Shown one piece after another: positions 24,965 to 37,239 of a stretch of DNA of 64,000 nt (positions are counted from its first letter, which is position 1; each line of letters begins with the position of its first letter). Below the pieces are notes generated by a model. That model saw only the letters and a list, made by a program, of their open reading frames with translations, searched no databases and was not told where the DNA came from. Made by a program: the position numbers and the translations under genes. Origin of the DNA: Pristiophorus japonicus (Eukaryota); the NCBI RefSeq assembly GCF_044704955.1, contig NC_091997.1, positions 67,580,001 to 67,644,000 on the forward strand, written 5' to 3'.

Positions 24965-25620
24965 TACATAAGAACAGAAGAAATAGGAGCAGGAGTCGGC
25001 CATTCGGCCCCTCGAGCCTGCTCCGCCATTCTATAAGATCATGGCTGATCTGACCTTGGCTCAACTCCACTTCCCTGCCCGCTCCCCATAACCCTTCGCT
25101 CCCTTATCGTTCAAAAATCTGTCTATCTCCACCTTAAATATATTCAATGACCCAGCCTCCACAGCTCTCTGGGGCAGAGAATTCCACAGTTTACAACCCT
25201 CTGAGAGAAGAAATTCCTCCTTATCTCCGTTTTAAACGGGCGGCCCCTTATTCTGAGACTATGCCCCTAGTTCTAGATTCCCCCCACGAGGGGAAACACC
25301 CTCTCTGCATCTACCCTGTCGAGCCCCCTCAGAATCTTATACGTTTCAATAACATCAACTCTGTTTTCTAAACTCCAATGCGTATAGGCCCAACCTGCTC
25401 AACCTTTCTTCATAAGACAACCTCCTCATCTCAGGAATCAACCGAGTGAACCTTCTCTGAACTGCCTCCAATGCAAGTATACCCCTCCTTAAATACGGAG
25501 ACCAAAACTGTACGCTGTACTCCAGGTGTGGCCTCACCAATACCCTGTACAGTTGTAGCAGGACTTCTCTGCTTTAATACTCTATCCCCCTTCCAATAAA
25601 GGCCAACATTCCATTTGTCC
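24965..25620 (-). mobile_element. CR1 3' fragment
   Basis: VRPHLEYSVQFWSPYLRRGILALEAVQRRFTRLIPEM. Confidence 0.9.
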
Positions 25621-25642
25621 TCCTTAAATAAGGAGACCCTCC

Positions 25643-26035
25643 TCATCATCATCATCATCAGACCCTCGGAATCGAGGAAGACTTGCTTCCACTCTTACTA
25701 TGAGTCCTTAGGTGGCTGAACAGTCCAATACGAGAGCCACAGTCCCTGTCACAGGTGGGACAGAGAGTCGTTGAGGGAAGGGGAGGGTGGGACTGGTTTG
25801 CCGCACGCTCCTTCCGTTGCCTGCGCTTGGTTTCTGCATGCTCTCGACGATGAGACTCGAGGTGCTCAGCGCCCTCCCGGATGCACTTCCTCCACTTAGG
25901 GCGGACTGGTCTTTGGCCAGGGACTCCCAGGTGTCGGTGGGGATGTTGCACTTTATCAGGGAGGCTTTGAGGGTGGTCCCTGTAACGTTTCCTCTGCCCA
26001 CCTTTGGCTCGTTTGCCGTGAAGGAGTTCCGAATA
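25643..26035 (-). mobile_element. RTE-clade LINE 3' end with C2H2-like motif and (ATG)n tail
   Basis: CPTCDRDCGSRIGLFSHLRTH; (cat)n at 25643-25660. Confidence 0.88.
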
Positions 26036-26559
26036 AGGAGACCCAATCTGTACAAGGGGGCTGTAAATCTGCACTCTGTCCGGTAGCCTGCTGTGGAGCT
26101 GTGAGCGTACACAGGGATGGGGCTGCAGAGATAGGGAGCTGCTGTGAGTGCAGGGGTGAGAGAGATTGAAGCCCTCCGCAGATAACGCTGCGTGTGAAAG
26201 GCCAGCCATTCTCCGCACACTGCCGAGCTGCACTGACTGCAGGGCCATTCACCGACACGCTGGTGGCTCCGGGGGTCAAGGGGTTACGTTTGTTTTTGTG
26301 TATGACAGCACAGCGCGCTTCGTAACAACACCCCCCCCTCCCCCCGGAGCGGAGGCGGGAAGTCTTTGCTCCGGGGAGTCTGTGTGAATGGGACATTAGC
26401 GGCTCAAATTAACTGCTTCGCGATGAAGTGGCTTTTGACGCCGAGCGTAGCAGTGAATAATTTATAGATGGTTCCGTACTTTGCCTGTTGAAAGGGAGTT
26501 TGTCTGTCGGCAGCACTGGAGGCTGTGTGCTCCCATGGCCATTCACTAACCTCGCTCCA

Positions 26560-27882
26560 GTGTCCGCCGGGGCTCACTGGGCAGCGCACTCGCCTCGGAG
26601 TCAGGAGGTCGTAGGGTCAAGTCCCACTTCAGCACGTAAAGCCAGGCTGACACTCCCAGTGCAGTGCTGAGGGAGTGCCGCACTGTCGGGGGGACAGTGC
26701 TGAGGGAGTGCCGCACTGTCGGAGGGGCAGTGCTGAGGGAGCGCCGCACTGTCGGAGGGGCAGTGCTGAGGGAGCGCCGCACTGTCGGAGGGGCGGTGCT
26801 GAGGGAGCGCCGCACTGTCGGAGGGGCAGTGCTGAGGGAGCGCCGCACTGTCGGAGGGGCGGTGCTGAGGGAGCGCCGCACTGTCGGAGGGGCGGTGCTG
26901 AGGGAGGGCCGCACTGTCGGAGGGGCAGTGCTGAGGGAGCGCCGCACTGTCGGAGGGGCGGTGCTGAGGGAGCGCCGCACTGTCGGAGGGGCGATGCTGA
27001 GGGAGTGCCGCACTGTCGGAGGGGCAGTGCTGAGGGAGCGCCGCACTGTCGGAGGGGCGGTGCTGAGGGAGTGCCGCACTGTCGGAGGTGCGGTGCTGAG
27101 GGAGCGCCGCACTGTCGGAGGGGCGGTGCTGAGGGAGGGCCGCACTGTCGGAGGGGCAGTGCTGAGGGAGCGCCGCACTGTCGGAGGGGCGGTGCTGAGG
27201 GAGCGCCGCACTGTCGGAGGGGCGGTGCTGAGGGAGCGCCGCACTGTCGGAGGGGCGGTGCTGAGGGAGCGCCGCACTGTAGGAGGGGCAGTACTGAGGG
27301 AGCGCCGCACTGTCGGAGGGTCGGTGCTGAGGGAGCGCCGCACTGTCGGAGGGGCGGTGCTGAGGGAGCGCCGCACTGTCGGAGGGGCGGTGCTGAGGGA
27401 GCGCCGCACTGTCGGAGGGGCAGTGCTGAGGGAGCGCGCACTGTCGGAGGGGCGGTGCTGAGGGAGCGCCGCACTGTCGGAGGGGCGGTGCTGAGGGAGC
27501 GGCGCACTGTCAGAAGGGCAGTACTGAGGGAGTGCCGCATTGTCGGAGGGGCAGTCTTTTGGATGAGATGTTAAACCGAGGCCCTGTCTGCTCTCTTAGG
27601 TGGGCGTAAAAGATCCCATAACCACTATTTTCAAAGAAGAGCAGGGGAGTGCTCCCTGGTGTCCCGGGGCCAATATTTATCCCCAACTAACATCACTAAA
27701 ACAGATTATCTGGTCATTATCGCATTGCTGTTTGTGGGAGCTTGCTGTGCAAAAATTGGCTGCTGCGTTTCCCACATTACAGCAGTGACTGCACTTCAAT
27801 AATACTTCATTGGCTGTAATGCGCTTTGAGATGTCCAGTGGTCGTGAAAGGCGCTATATAAATGCAAGTCAGTCTTTCTTTT
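26560..27882 (+). mobile_element. DeuSINE-like element, about 27 x 33-bp units (largest array)
   Basis: Array about 26660-27555 between an intact head and core/tail. Confidence 0.9.
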
Positions 27883-28339
27883 ACAGGTTGCCCTACACGT
27901 GAGACCCTCGGCTGAGGGTCGGTGAATGAGTAATTCCTTAATAGAGGGCGAGCGCGTGCTTGAGCTTGCATCATCCCAGCCCCTTCCCCCCAGTTTTCTG
28001 CGCCCGATGTTGAGCCCTATCGCCCGGGAAAGTCCAGGGTCTGGTGCGTTAGTTGACGGAGCTGGAATGCTGCACCGCCCTCCTTGGTCGCTCCCCCATT
28101 GCCCCCTGGGGCTGGGAAGCAAAACTCGGCCTTTGGCTCCGGCTCTTGTTTGCCCTCTAGTGACTGCCACTGGAAAGTGTGCACGTGTGTGAGGGAGTCG
28201 GATGTGGGCAGGTTCAGGATCGGAGGTGTGCGTGGTCAGAGAGTCAGCCCTCACTCGTGGCCAAGGCTTGCGCGGCAGAAATGGCCTCGAGCGAGAGAGA
28301 GAGAGACAGATGGTCATAGTGCAGAGCGAGAGAGAAAGA

Positions 28340-28945
28340 AAAGAAAGACTTGCATTTATATAGCGCCTTTCACGACCACCAGACGTCCCAAAGCGCTTTA
28401 CAGCCAATGAAGTACTTTTGGAGTGTGGTCACTGTTGTAATGTGGGAAACGCAGCAGCCAATTTGCGCACAGCAAGCTCCCACAAACAGCAATGTGATAA
28501 TGACCCGATAATCTGTTTTAGTGATGTTGATTGAGGGATAAATATTGGCCCCGGGACACCGGGGAGAACTCCCCTGCTCTTCTTCGAAATAGTGTCATGG
28601 GATCTTTTACATCCACCTGAGAGGGCAGACGGGGCCTCGGTTTAACATCTCATCCGAAAGACAGCACCTCCGTCTTCCTCAGTACTCCGTCTTCCACAGC
28701 GCTCCCTCAGTACTGCCCCTCCCGACAGTGCGGCGCTCCCTCAGCACTGCCCCTCCGATAGTGCGGCGCTCCCTCAGCACCGCCCCTCCGACAGTGCGGC
28801 GCTCCCTCAGCACTGCCCCTCCGACAGTGCGGCGCTCCCTCAGTACTGCACTGGGAGTGTCAGCTTAGATTTATGTGCTCAAGTCTCTGGAGTGGGACTT
28901 GAACCCACAACCTTCTGACAGAAGCGAGAGTGCTGCCCACTGACA
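28340..28945 (-). mobile_element. DeuSINE-like element, about 5 units
   Basis: Full head-to-tail copy on -. Confidence 0.88.
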
Positions 28946-29447
28946 GCAAATGTGGAATGACGGGGGGAGGGGGGGGGCAGAGGCAGAGAGGAGGGGGGTG
29001 TGGGGGCACAGGCAGTGGGGGGAGGGGCAGAGGCAGAGCCGGACAGACAGATAGACAGTGTGAGCCTGCCCCGGGCAAGGAGTGCCAATAGCACCAGGCA
29101 GCATCACCGTGCTGTGAGTGAGATGGTGCTGCCTCGGTTGGACACGGCGCCCCCTCCCCTCGAGGGACATTTTGTCTCCCTGCCGCGAGTTCCAATTAAC
29201 ATCACTGATGTCTTGCTTCTCAAAATCGATCACGGTTATTCCCTGGTTTTGAACACATTATCTTAATAAAATCTTTTTTAAAACTGCAGAATGCTGACTG
29301 ACTTGAAAATGCTCCTCGCCTTCGAGAGGGTGCACTCTGTAGGGTGGTGACTTTTAGCCAAGAATCCGGACACGAGGTGGGACAGGGAGAGAGCAGGGAT
29401 TGGGACTCGGGACTCTGGCCTCACCCCCTGGGGTTTGGAATAAAGGA

Positions 29448-29800
29448 AGCACTCAGAGGACAGCGCTGTCGGAGGTGCCATCTTGCGGATGAGACGTTAA
29501 ACCGAGGCCCCGTCTGCCCCCTCAGGTGGATGTAAAAGATCCCATGGCACTATTTCGAAGAAGAGCAGGGGAGTTCTCCCCGGTGTCCTGGGGCCAATAT
29601 TTATCCCTCGATCAACGTCACTAAAACAGATTATCTGGGTCTTTATCACATTGCTGTGTGTGGGAGCTTGCTGTGCGCAAGTTGGCTGCTGCATCTCCTA
29701 CCTTACAACAGTGACTACACTCCAAAAGTACTTCATTGGCTGTAAAGCACTTTGGGACGTCCGGTGGTTGTGAAAGGCGCTATATAAATGCAAGTCTTTT
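29448..29800 (+). mobile_element. 5'-truncated DeuSINE-like element
   Basis: Core and tail only. Confidence 0.85.
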
Positions 29801-30492
29801 AACATAAGAAATAGGAGCAGGAGTCGGCCATTCGGCCCCTCGAGCCTGCTCCGCCATTCAATAAGATCGCGGCTGATCTGATCATGGGCTCAGCTCCACT
29901 TCCCTGCCCGCTCCCCATAACCCTTCACTCCCTTATCATTCAAAAACTCTCTCCACCTTGAATATATTCAATGACCCAGCCTCCACAGCTCTCTGGGGCA
30001 GAGAATTCCACAGATTTACAACCCTCTGAGAAAAGATTCCTCCTCATCTCAGTCTTAAATGGGCGACCCCCTTATTCTGAGATTATGCCCCTAGTTCTAG
30101 ATTCCCCCACGAGGGGAAACATCCTCTCTGCATCTACCCTGTCGAGCCCCCTCAGAATCTTATACATTTCAATAAGATCACCTCTCATTCCTCTAAACTC
30201 CAATGAGTACCGGCCCAACCTACTCATTTAGAACGGAGATGAGGAGGAATTTCTTCTGAGGGTTGTAAATCTGTGGAATTCTCTGCCCCAGAGAGCTGTG
30301 GAGGCTGGGCCATTGAATATATTTAAGGAGTAGATAGGCAGATTTTTGAGCGATAAGGGAGTCGAGGGTTATGGGGAGCGGGGCGGGGAAGTGGAGCTGA
30401 GGCCAAGATCAGATCAGCCGTGATCTCATTGAATGGCAGGGCAGGCTCGAGGGGCCGAATGGCCGACTCCTGCTCCTATTCCTTATGTTCCT
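29801..30492. mobile_element. Two CR1 3' ends head-to-head (- 29801-30227, + 30226-30492)
   Basis: Both carry the same ORF2 end and tail in opposite orientation. Confidence 0.88.
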
Positions 30493-31099
30493 AAAAGAGG
30501 CTGTGGGATTCCTTCCCTCTCGCCGGTTCCCGTGCAAAGAGTGTCTCCGGCTCACTGCTCTTGGGATGTCTGAGGCGATGTGTCAGTGCTCTGTTCATTG
30601 ACCCGCTGTCGCCATTCTACTCCCATCGCTGTCAGCCATTGTCATTCATCATCCGCTGGAAGAAAGGGTCGATTCATGGCCCGGGAGCTGACGGGACGCC
30701 AGGCCTGTCACAGCTCAGTCTATCTTATTGCTTATTTTGCAGACACACCTCGAGCAAAGGAAAAATAGCTCTGACCACCGGCAGCCGTCTGTGGTCGCTT
30801 GTGATCCCTTGTTTGTCAGGGGCTGACTTTCCTTTCCGCCCCCACACCTGCCTCCCAGTCCCGTCCCAACCTCCGCTCCTCGCATTATCACATTGCTGTG
30901 TGTGGGAGCTTGCTGTGCGCAAACTGGCTGCTGCGTTTCCCACATTGCAACAGCGACTACACTCCAAAAGTACTTCATTGGCTGTAAAGTGCTTTGGGAT
31001 GTCCGGTGGTCATGAAAGGCGCTATAGAAATGCAAGTCTGCCTGTCATTCTTGCCCCCTCTAATATTACGATGTTCACTGTATGTCTGAACTTCCTATC

Positions 31100-31808
31100 A
31101 GTGTCGGCCGTGGCCGAGTGGGCAGCACTCTCTCTCTCGCCTCGGAGTCAGAAGGTCATGGGTTCAAGTCCCACTCCAGAGACTTGAGCACAAAAATCTA
31201 GACTGACACTCCCAGTGCTGTGCTGAGGGAGCACCGCACTGTCGGAGGGGCAGTGCTGAGGGAGTGCCGCACTGTCGGAGGGACAGTGCTGAGGGAGTGC
31301 CGCACTGTCGGAGGGGCAGTGCTGAGGGAGTGCCGCACTGTCGGAGGGGCAGTGCTGAGGGAGCCCCGCACTGTCGGAGGGGCAGTGCTGAGGGAGTGCT
31401 GCACTGTCGGAGGGGCAGTGCTGAGGGAGTGCTGCACTGTCGGAGGGGCAGTGCTGAGGGAGTGCTGCACTGTCAGAGGGGCGGTACTGAGGGGGCGCCG
31501 GAGGTGGCGTCTTTCGGATGAGACGTTAAACCGAGGCCCTGTCTGCTCTCTCAGGTGAATGTAAAAGATCCCATGGCACTATTTTGAAGAAGAGCAGGGG
31601 AGTTATCCCCGGTGTCCTGGGGCCAATATTTATCCCTAAATCACCTTTTTTAAAGAAAATCCAGATTATCTGGGTCGTTATCACATTGCTGTTTGTGGGA
31701 GTTTGCTGTGCGCAAATTGGCGTTTCCCTCATTACAACAGCGACTACACTTCGTTGGCCGCGAGGCATTTTGGGATGTCCTGGGGTGGCGAGAGGCTCGG
31801 TATAAACG
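31100..31808 (+). mobile_element. DeuSINE-like element, about 9 units
   Basis: Head, array 31217-31503, core, degraded tail. Confidence 0.88.
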
Positions 31809-31899
31809 CGAGCGTTGTTTAGCGGAGCGATCTCCAGCTGGTCGCCTCACTTGTAAGGTGGATCGTGTGGTTGGGAGTAATGCCCGGGACATGTGGGGA

Positions 31900-32335
31900 G
31901 TGACCAGATCGGTGGGGGCTTGGGGGGGGATCACTGGCTGACCAGATCGGTGGGGGCTGGCACTGGGTGACCGGGCTGGGTGGGGGCACTGGGTGACCAG
32001 ATCGGTGGGGGGCTGGGGGGGGCGGTCACTGGCTGACCAGATCGGTGGGGGCTGGGGGGGGGCACTGGGTGACCAGATCGGTGGGGGGGGGGGGGCACTG
32101 GGTGACCAGATCGGTGCGGGCTGGGGGGGTCACTGGCTGACCAGATCGCTTGGGGGGGGGGGGGGGCACTGGGTGACCAGATCGCTGGGGGGCTGGGTGG
32201 GGAGGGCACTGGGTGACCAGATCGATGGGGGGCTGGGGGGGCACTGGGTGACCAAATCGGTGGGGGCTGGGGGGGGGGAAGCACTGGGTGACCTGGTGGG
32301 GGCTGGTGGGGGGGGGACACTGGGTGACCGGATCG
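31900..32335. repeat. G-rich minisatellite, about 35-40 bp unit
   Basis: Unit tgaccagatcggt(g)nct(g)ncactggg with G runs of variable length. Confidence 0.9.
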
Positions 32336-33829
32336 GGGGAATGTCAGATTCCGATCAGCGCCCGCATCGAGCGACTCGAGCAAAAATCCCTAATTCTGAA
32401 GCAGATGGGTTTTTAAATGGGCAAGCCTTTTATTTGTTGAATTAGAAGTGGCAGTGTGATAGCTGGGCAGGGGGGGGGGGGTGGTCTGGGGTGCCTCTTG
32501 CCCCCTCCTCTCTGCGTCTGCCCTCCCCCATTGCCTCCCCTCAACAGAAAAGCTGGTAGTCTGCAGTGACCTGGATTTGTTTTCCCTTCCCAGTGGCTTC
32601 AATGTGCTCCAGTTTGGGATAACTATGGAGCTGTGTGTGAATTATTTGTGACAGGCGCGCTGTAAGATCCGGAGCGGATGTTGCAAGGGGCCTGGAACGG
32701 ACTGGTATCTTTCCTAATAAGCTTGTGTGTGTGTGTGTGCATTTTCTTTCTCTCTCTCTCTCTCTCTGCTTTTGAAAGAAAATCTATTAATCGCTTTCAC
32801 GTGCACAAAAACAATTTATCAAAGGTGCCTTTTCGACGGGAGGCCGTTTGTTGGGATTGAACGGGGAGCAGGGTGGGGGGAGTGTGAGAGGGCTGGAATT
32901 GGCGTTGGTACAGAAGGGAAATATTAGCAACGTCAGGCAAGATAGCCAGGCAGCCCCGTGCAAGGTAAGCTGAGGTCCTTGTTTGCGCATTTGTGAGAAG
33001 GGGTCTGGCCCCACGTGACTTTACTACACAAGGCAATAAACAAGTTGGTCCCGCAGCAGCCCAGTGCCCAGAGAGGCTTAGGGGCCTCCCGACGGGGAGG
33101 GGGAGAGAGAGAGAGAGGTAGAAAAACAGCTCCAGCATATTGCCTGCGCTTACCTACAAGCTCTTCACATGCTCGCCGCCAAAGCAAAGCGGCCCTTCAC
33201 CCCCAGACCGCCGTAGCCGGCAGTTAGCAGCGGAGATGCGCGCTGGAGGGCTGAGCGATTCTGTGCGGTTAATCCGGACTGCCTCGCTTGGACCCAGAAG
33301 CATCTCGCGCCTGGGTCAGTCTGCGAGCTCTTTTTTTTTTTTAAATTGCAAAGGAAAAATTTTTGCTCACAGATCAGGCAGAGAGCCGTCACTCGATGCG
33401 CCTGCCTTGTTTTAAGCTTAGGAAGGTGAGATTGAAACGTGGACGGGTTTGGGAAATGGTTTGAAGAGGCTGGAAAGGAAAGGTTTGTTTGTTTGGGAGG
33501 GGGTGGAGGGGAGTGGGAGGAGGGGGGGGTGGGGGCGCGGCGGGAGCGGAATTAAAAGCCAGCAGCAACAGAATCTGTGTGCAGAAGGTGACTCAAGTGA
33601 CTCAGCCTGCAAACATTTGGGGGCTGGGTGCGAGGCCCCTCGATGGAGGAGTGGTCTATTCGAAGGTGGGGGAAAACAATCTGGGCTCTTGCTACCTTGT
33701 GCAGAGGAGCCCACGCTGTATTGCCTTTCCCCCCCCCGGGTTAACCCCTCGTGTTAAAGGCAGCACGTTGTGCGGATTGAGGCGCTCTGTGCCTGAGGGT
33801 TCTCCTCACCGCAGGGAAGGTTGCAAGGA

Positions 33830-35430
33830 GATTTGATCGAGGTGTTTCAAAATCACGAAGGGGGGGGGGGGGCCTGGGCAGAGTAGATTAGAGAGCCAAA
33901 CTGTTCCCATTGGCGGAAGGGACGGGAACCAGAGGGACACAGATTTAAGGCGATTGGCAGAAGAACCAAAGGCAACGTGAGGATAAACGTTTTTACGCAG
34001 CGAGTGGTTAGGATCTGGGATGCGCTGCCTGAGAGGGTGGTGGAGGCAGACTCAATCGTGGCTTTCAAAAGGGAGTTGGATAAATACCTGAAGGGAAATA
34101 ATTTGCCGGGCTACGGGGAAAGGGCGGGAGAGTGGGACTGGCTGAGGTGCTCTTAGAGAGAGCCGGCACGGGCTCGATGGGCCGAATGGCAGCTTCCTGT
34201 GCTGTAACCGTTCTGTGATTTCCTTTCTCGCGGATTTTAATTCTGGTTTTGATGTAAAATTTAGCCCCGCTGTTCATTTCTATTTCCAGCGCCTTCGTGG
34301 TTTTGAAACACCTTTATCAAATCTCCTGTGAACCTCCTTTAGCTAAGCAACAAATGGAGTTAAGGACAGTCCAGTACAGGTTCACCCTCGGCGAACACCA
34401 AATTTTTTTCACTTTTTCTTTCAGTCCTGGGAACAAAATTAGATTTGCATTTAACGCCTTAACTACATCTCCCATTGTACTGCTTCACGTACACCGAATG
34501 GTTGTGAAAATGGTTTTGTGGGATACTGTGGTTATGAAGAGACTAGAGACTGGGGAATATTTCCTGTGGAGCTGGGACGGCTGAGGAGATTTCATGAGGT
34601 TTTTAAAATTCAGCAAGGTTTTGATAGTGAATAGGGAACTGTTTCCTCTGCAGTGGGTCAGTGGCGAGGGGGATATCACGTGAATATCGTCACTGAGACC
34701 GTGAGAGGGGAGGTCTGGAGAAATATCGTCACTGCAAGGCTTGTTGGCACATCAGAAAGCATTGCCGGGGGAGAGGGGTTGAGACAGATAGCACTGTGTA
34801 TCTTTTAAGGGAAAGTTCAGTAAATATTTGAAGCAAAAGAAGATACAGGGCTATGGGGTGAGAGTGGGGCAGTGGGATTAGTTTGGGGATTGATACAGGG
34901 CTATGGAGAGAGAGCGGGGCAGTGGGTTTAGTTTGGGGATTGATACAGGGCTATGGAGAGAGAGCAGGGCAGTGGGATTAGTTTGGGGATTGATACAGGG
35001 CTATGGAGAGAGAGCGGGGCAGTGGGATTGGTTTGTGATTGATATAGGGCTATGGGGAGAGAGTGGGGCAGTGGGATTAGCTTGGGATTGATACAGGGCT
35101 GTGGGGAGAGAGCGGGGCAGTGGGATTAGTTTGTGGATTGATACAGGACTATGGGGAGAGAAAGGGGCAGTGGGATTAGTTTGGGATTGATACAGGGCTG
35201 TGGGGAAAGAGCGGGGCAGTGGGATTAGTTTGGGATTGATACAGGGCTATGAGGAGAGAGTGGGGCAGGGGGGTTAGTTTGGGGATTGATACAGGGCTAT
35301 GGGGAAAGAGCGGGGCAGTGGGATTAGTTTGGGGATTGATACAGGGCTATGGGGAGAGAGCGGGGCAGTGGGATTAGTTTGGGGATTGCTCTAGCAAAGG
35401 GACAGCACATACATGATGGGCCGAAAGGCC
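33830..35430 (+). mobile_element. CR1 fragments (33830-34215; 34500-35430), the second with a 50-bp tandem array (34842-35388, about 11 units)
   Basis: ttttacgcagcgagtggttaggatctgg...; unit gatacagggctatggggagagagcggggcagtgggattagtttggggatt. Confidence 0.82.
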
Positions 35431-35589
35431 TCCTGAATATCTCTGGTAGGCAAAGGTGGAAGCCTCGGTGTTCACAGCAGGAGACCATGAACGATTGAAA
35501 TGGCTGTGAAGATTTGCTGCCATTATCCTGCAGGGAGCCACCACTGAGCGGACTGCAGTCATACTAGCATTGCCCACTTCTCACTGTGC

Positions 35590-36113
35590 ACAGGAACGAT
35601 ATACTTGCATTGGAGGCAGTTCAGAGAAGGTTCACACGGTTGATTCCCGAGATGAGGGGGTTGACTTATGAAGAAAGGTTGAGCAGGTTGGGTCTGTACT
35701 CATTGGAGTTTAGAAGAATGAGAGGTGATCTTACTGAAATGTATAAGATTCTGAGGGGGCTTGACAGGGTAGATGCAGAGAGGATGTTTCCCCTCGTGGG
35801 GAAATCTAGAACTAGGGGGCATAGTCTCAGAATAAGGGGTCGCCCATTTAAGACGGAGATGAGGAGGAATTTCTTCTCTCAGAGGGTCGTGAATCTGTGG
35901 AATTCTCTGCCCCAGAGAGCTGTGGAGGCTGGGTCATTGAATATATTTAAGGTGGAGATAGACAGATTTTTGAATGATAAGGCAGTCGAGCGTTATGGGG
36001 AGTGGGCAGGGAAGTGGAGTTGAGGCCAAGATCAGATCAGCCATTATCTTATTGAATGGCGGAGCAGGCTCAAGGGGCCGAATGGCCGACTCCTGCTCCT
36101 ATTATGTTATGTT
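35590..36113 (+). mobile_element. CR1 3' fragment, little diverged
   Basis: Open 145-aa ORF2 C-terminus DILALEAVQRRFTRLIP...FFSQRVVNLWNSLP...AGKWS* followed by the tail. Confidence 0.92.
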
Positions 36114-36341
36114 CTCTCTATGAAAGCACTTCCATCTCTACAATGGTAGCCTCTATGTGGACGTATCAAGCTGGTGATTGCTTCTCTGTATGCGAGGAAG
36201 TCATCAGTTAATGTTGTTTGGTTTCGCACTTGGAGTCAGCTGTGCAGTTACAGTAGGGGAGAGGGGAGGGGTGGCTTGTGTCTTTGTCCCGCTGCCTCAT
36301 CGTTTAATTCTCACCGGCCCGACTCCTCTCCCCGCCCTCCA

Positions 36342-36850
36342 GTGTCAGCCGTGGCTCAGTGGGCAGCACTCTCGCCTCTTGAGTCAGAAGGTTGTGGGTT
36401 CAAGTCCCACTCCAGGGACTTGAGCACAAAAATCTAGGCTGACACTATATTGCAGTGCTGAGGGAGTGCCGCACTGTCGGAGGATCAGTGCTGAGGGAGC
36501 GGCGCGCTGTCGGAGGGGCAATACTGAGGGAGCGCCGCACAGTCGGAGGGGCCGTCTTTCAGATGAGACATTAAACTGAGGCCCCGTCTGCCCCCTCAGG
36601 TGGATGTAAAAGATCCCATGGCACTATTTCGAAGAAGAGCAGGGGAGTTCTCCCCGGTGTCCTGGGGCCAATATTTATCCCTCAATCAACATCGCTAAAA
36701 CAGATTATCTGATCATTATCACATTGCTGTGTGGGAGCTTGCTGTGCACAAACTGGCTGCCGCGTTTCCCACATTACAACAGAGACTACACTCCAATAGT
36801 ACTTAATTGGCTCCGGTGATCGTGGAAGGCGCTATATAAATGCAAGTCCT
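36342..36850 (+). mobile_element. DeuSINE-like element, 3 units
   Basis: Clean head gtcagccgtggctcagtgggcagc...ggttcaagtccc. Confidence 0.9.
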
Positions 36851-37239
36851 TTATAAATTCTCCCCTCATGTTTTTCTTCCTCAGCATCTGTTGGAGGGCC
36901 CAGCGTTACAGAATGGTCGAACTTTGCATCACAGAATGTGCCTGTCGCTGGCTCGCTGAACGATCTCTCTGCAAAGCGCCCCGTGCCCCGCGCCCTTTCA
37001 CCATATCCTTTATATAAAAAAAATAAAACATTTCTTTGAAACATTTATCCACTTCCCTTTGAGATTCTGCCTCCAGCGCGCTCTCTGGTCAGACATTCCA
37101 GGCCCCCTCAGCCCTCTGAAATTTCACAAGGAATTCTCCAAGCTTTGCCCTTTGTGTGCTGATGTATTGATACCCTCGAGTTACCGATTCACTGCCCAGC
37201 CAAAATACTTTCTCCAGTTTGCCTCATCAAAGCCATTCA

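Noticed and set aside
26546-27574. ORFs with (AVLRERRTVGG)n or (SLSTAPPTVRR)n repeats, here and at many other positions
   Set aside because: They are translations of the 33-bp SINE-internal array, open on both strands.
36342-36415. tRNA gene
   Set aside because: Box A and box B are present but continue directly into the SINE body; this is a SINE head, not a cloverleaf gene.
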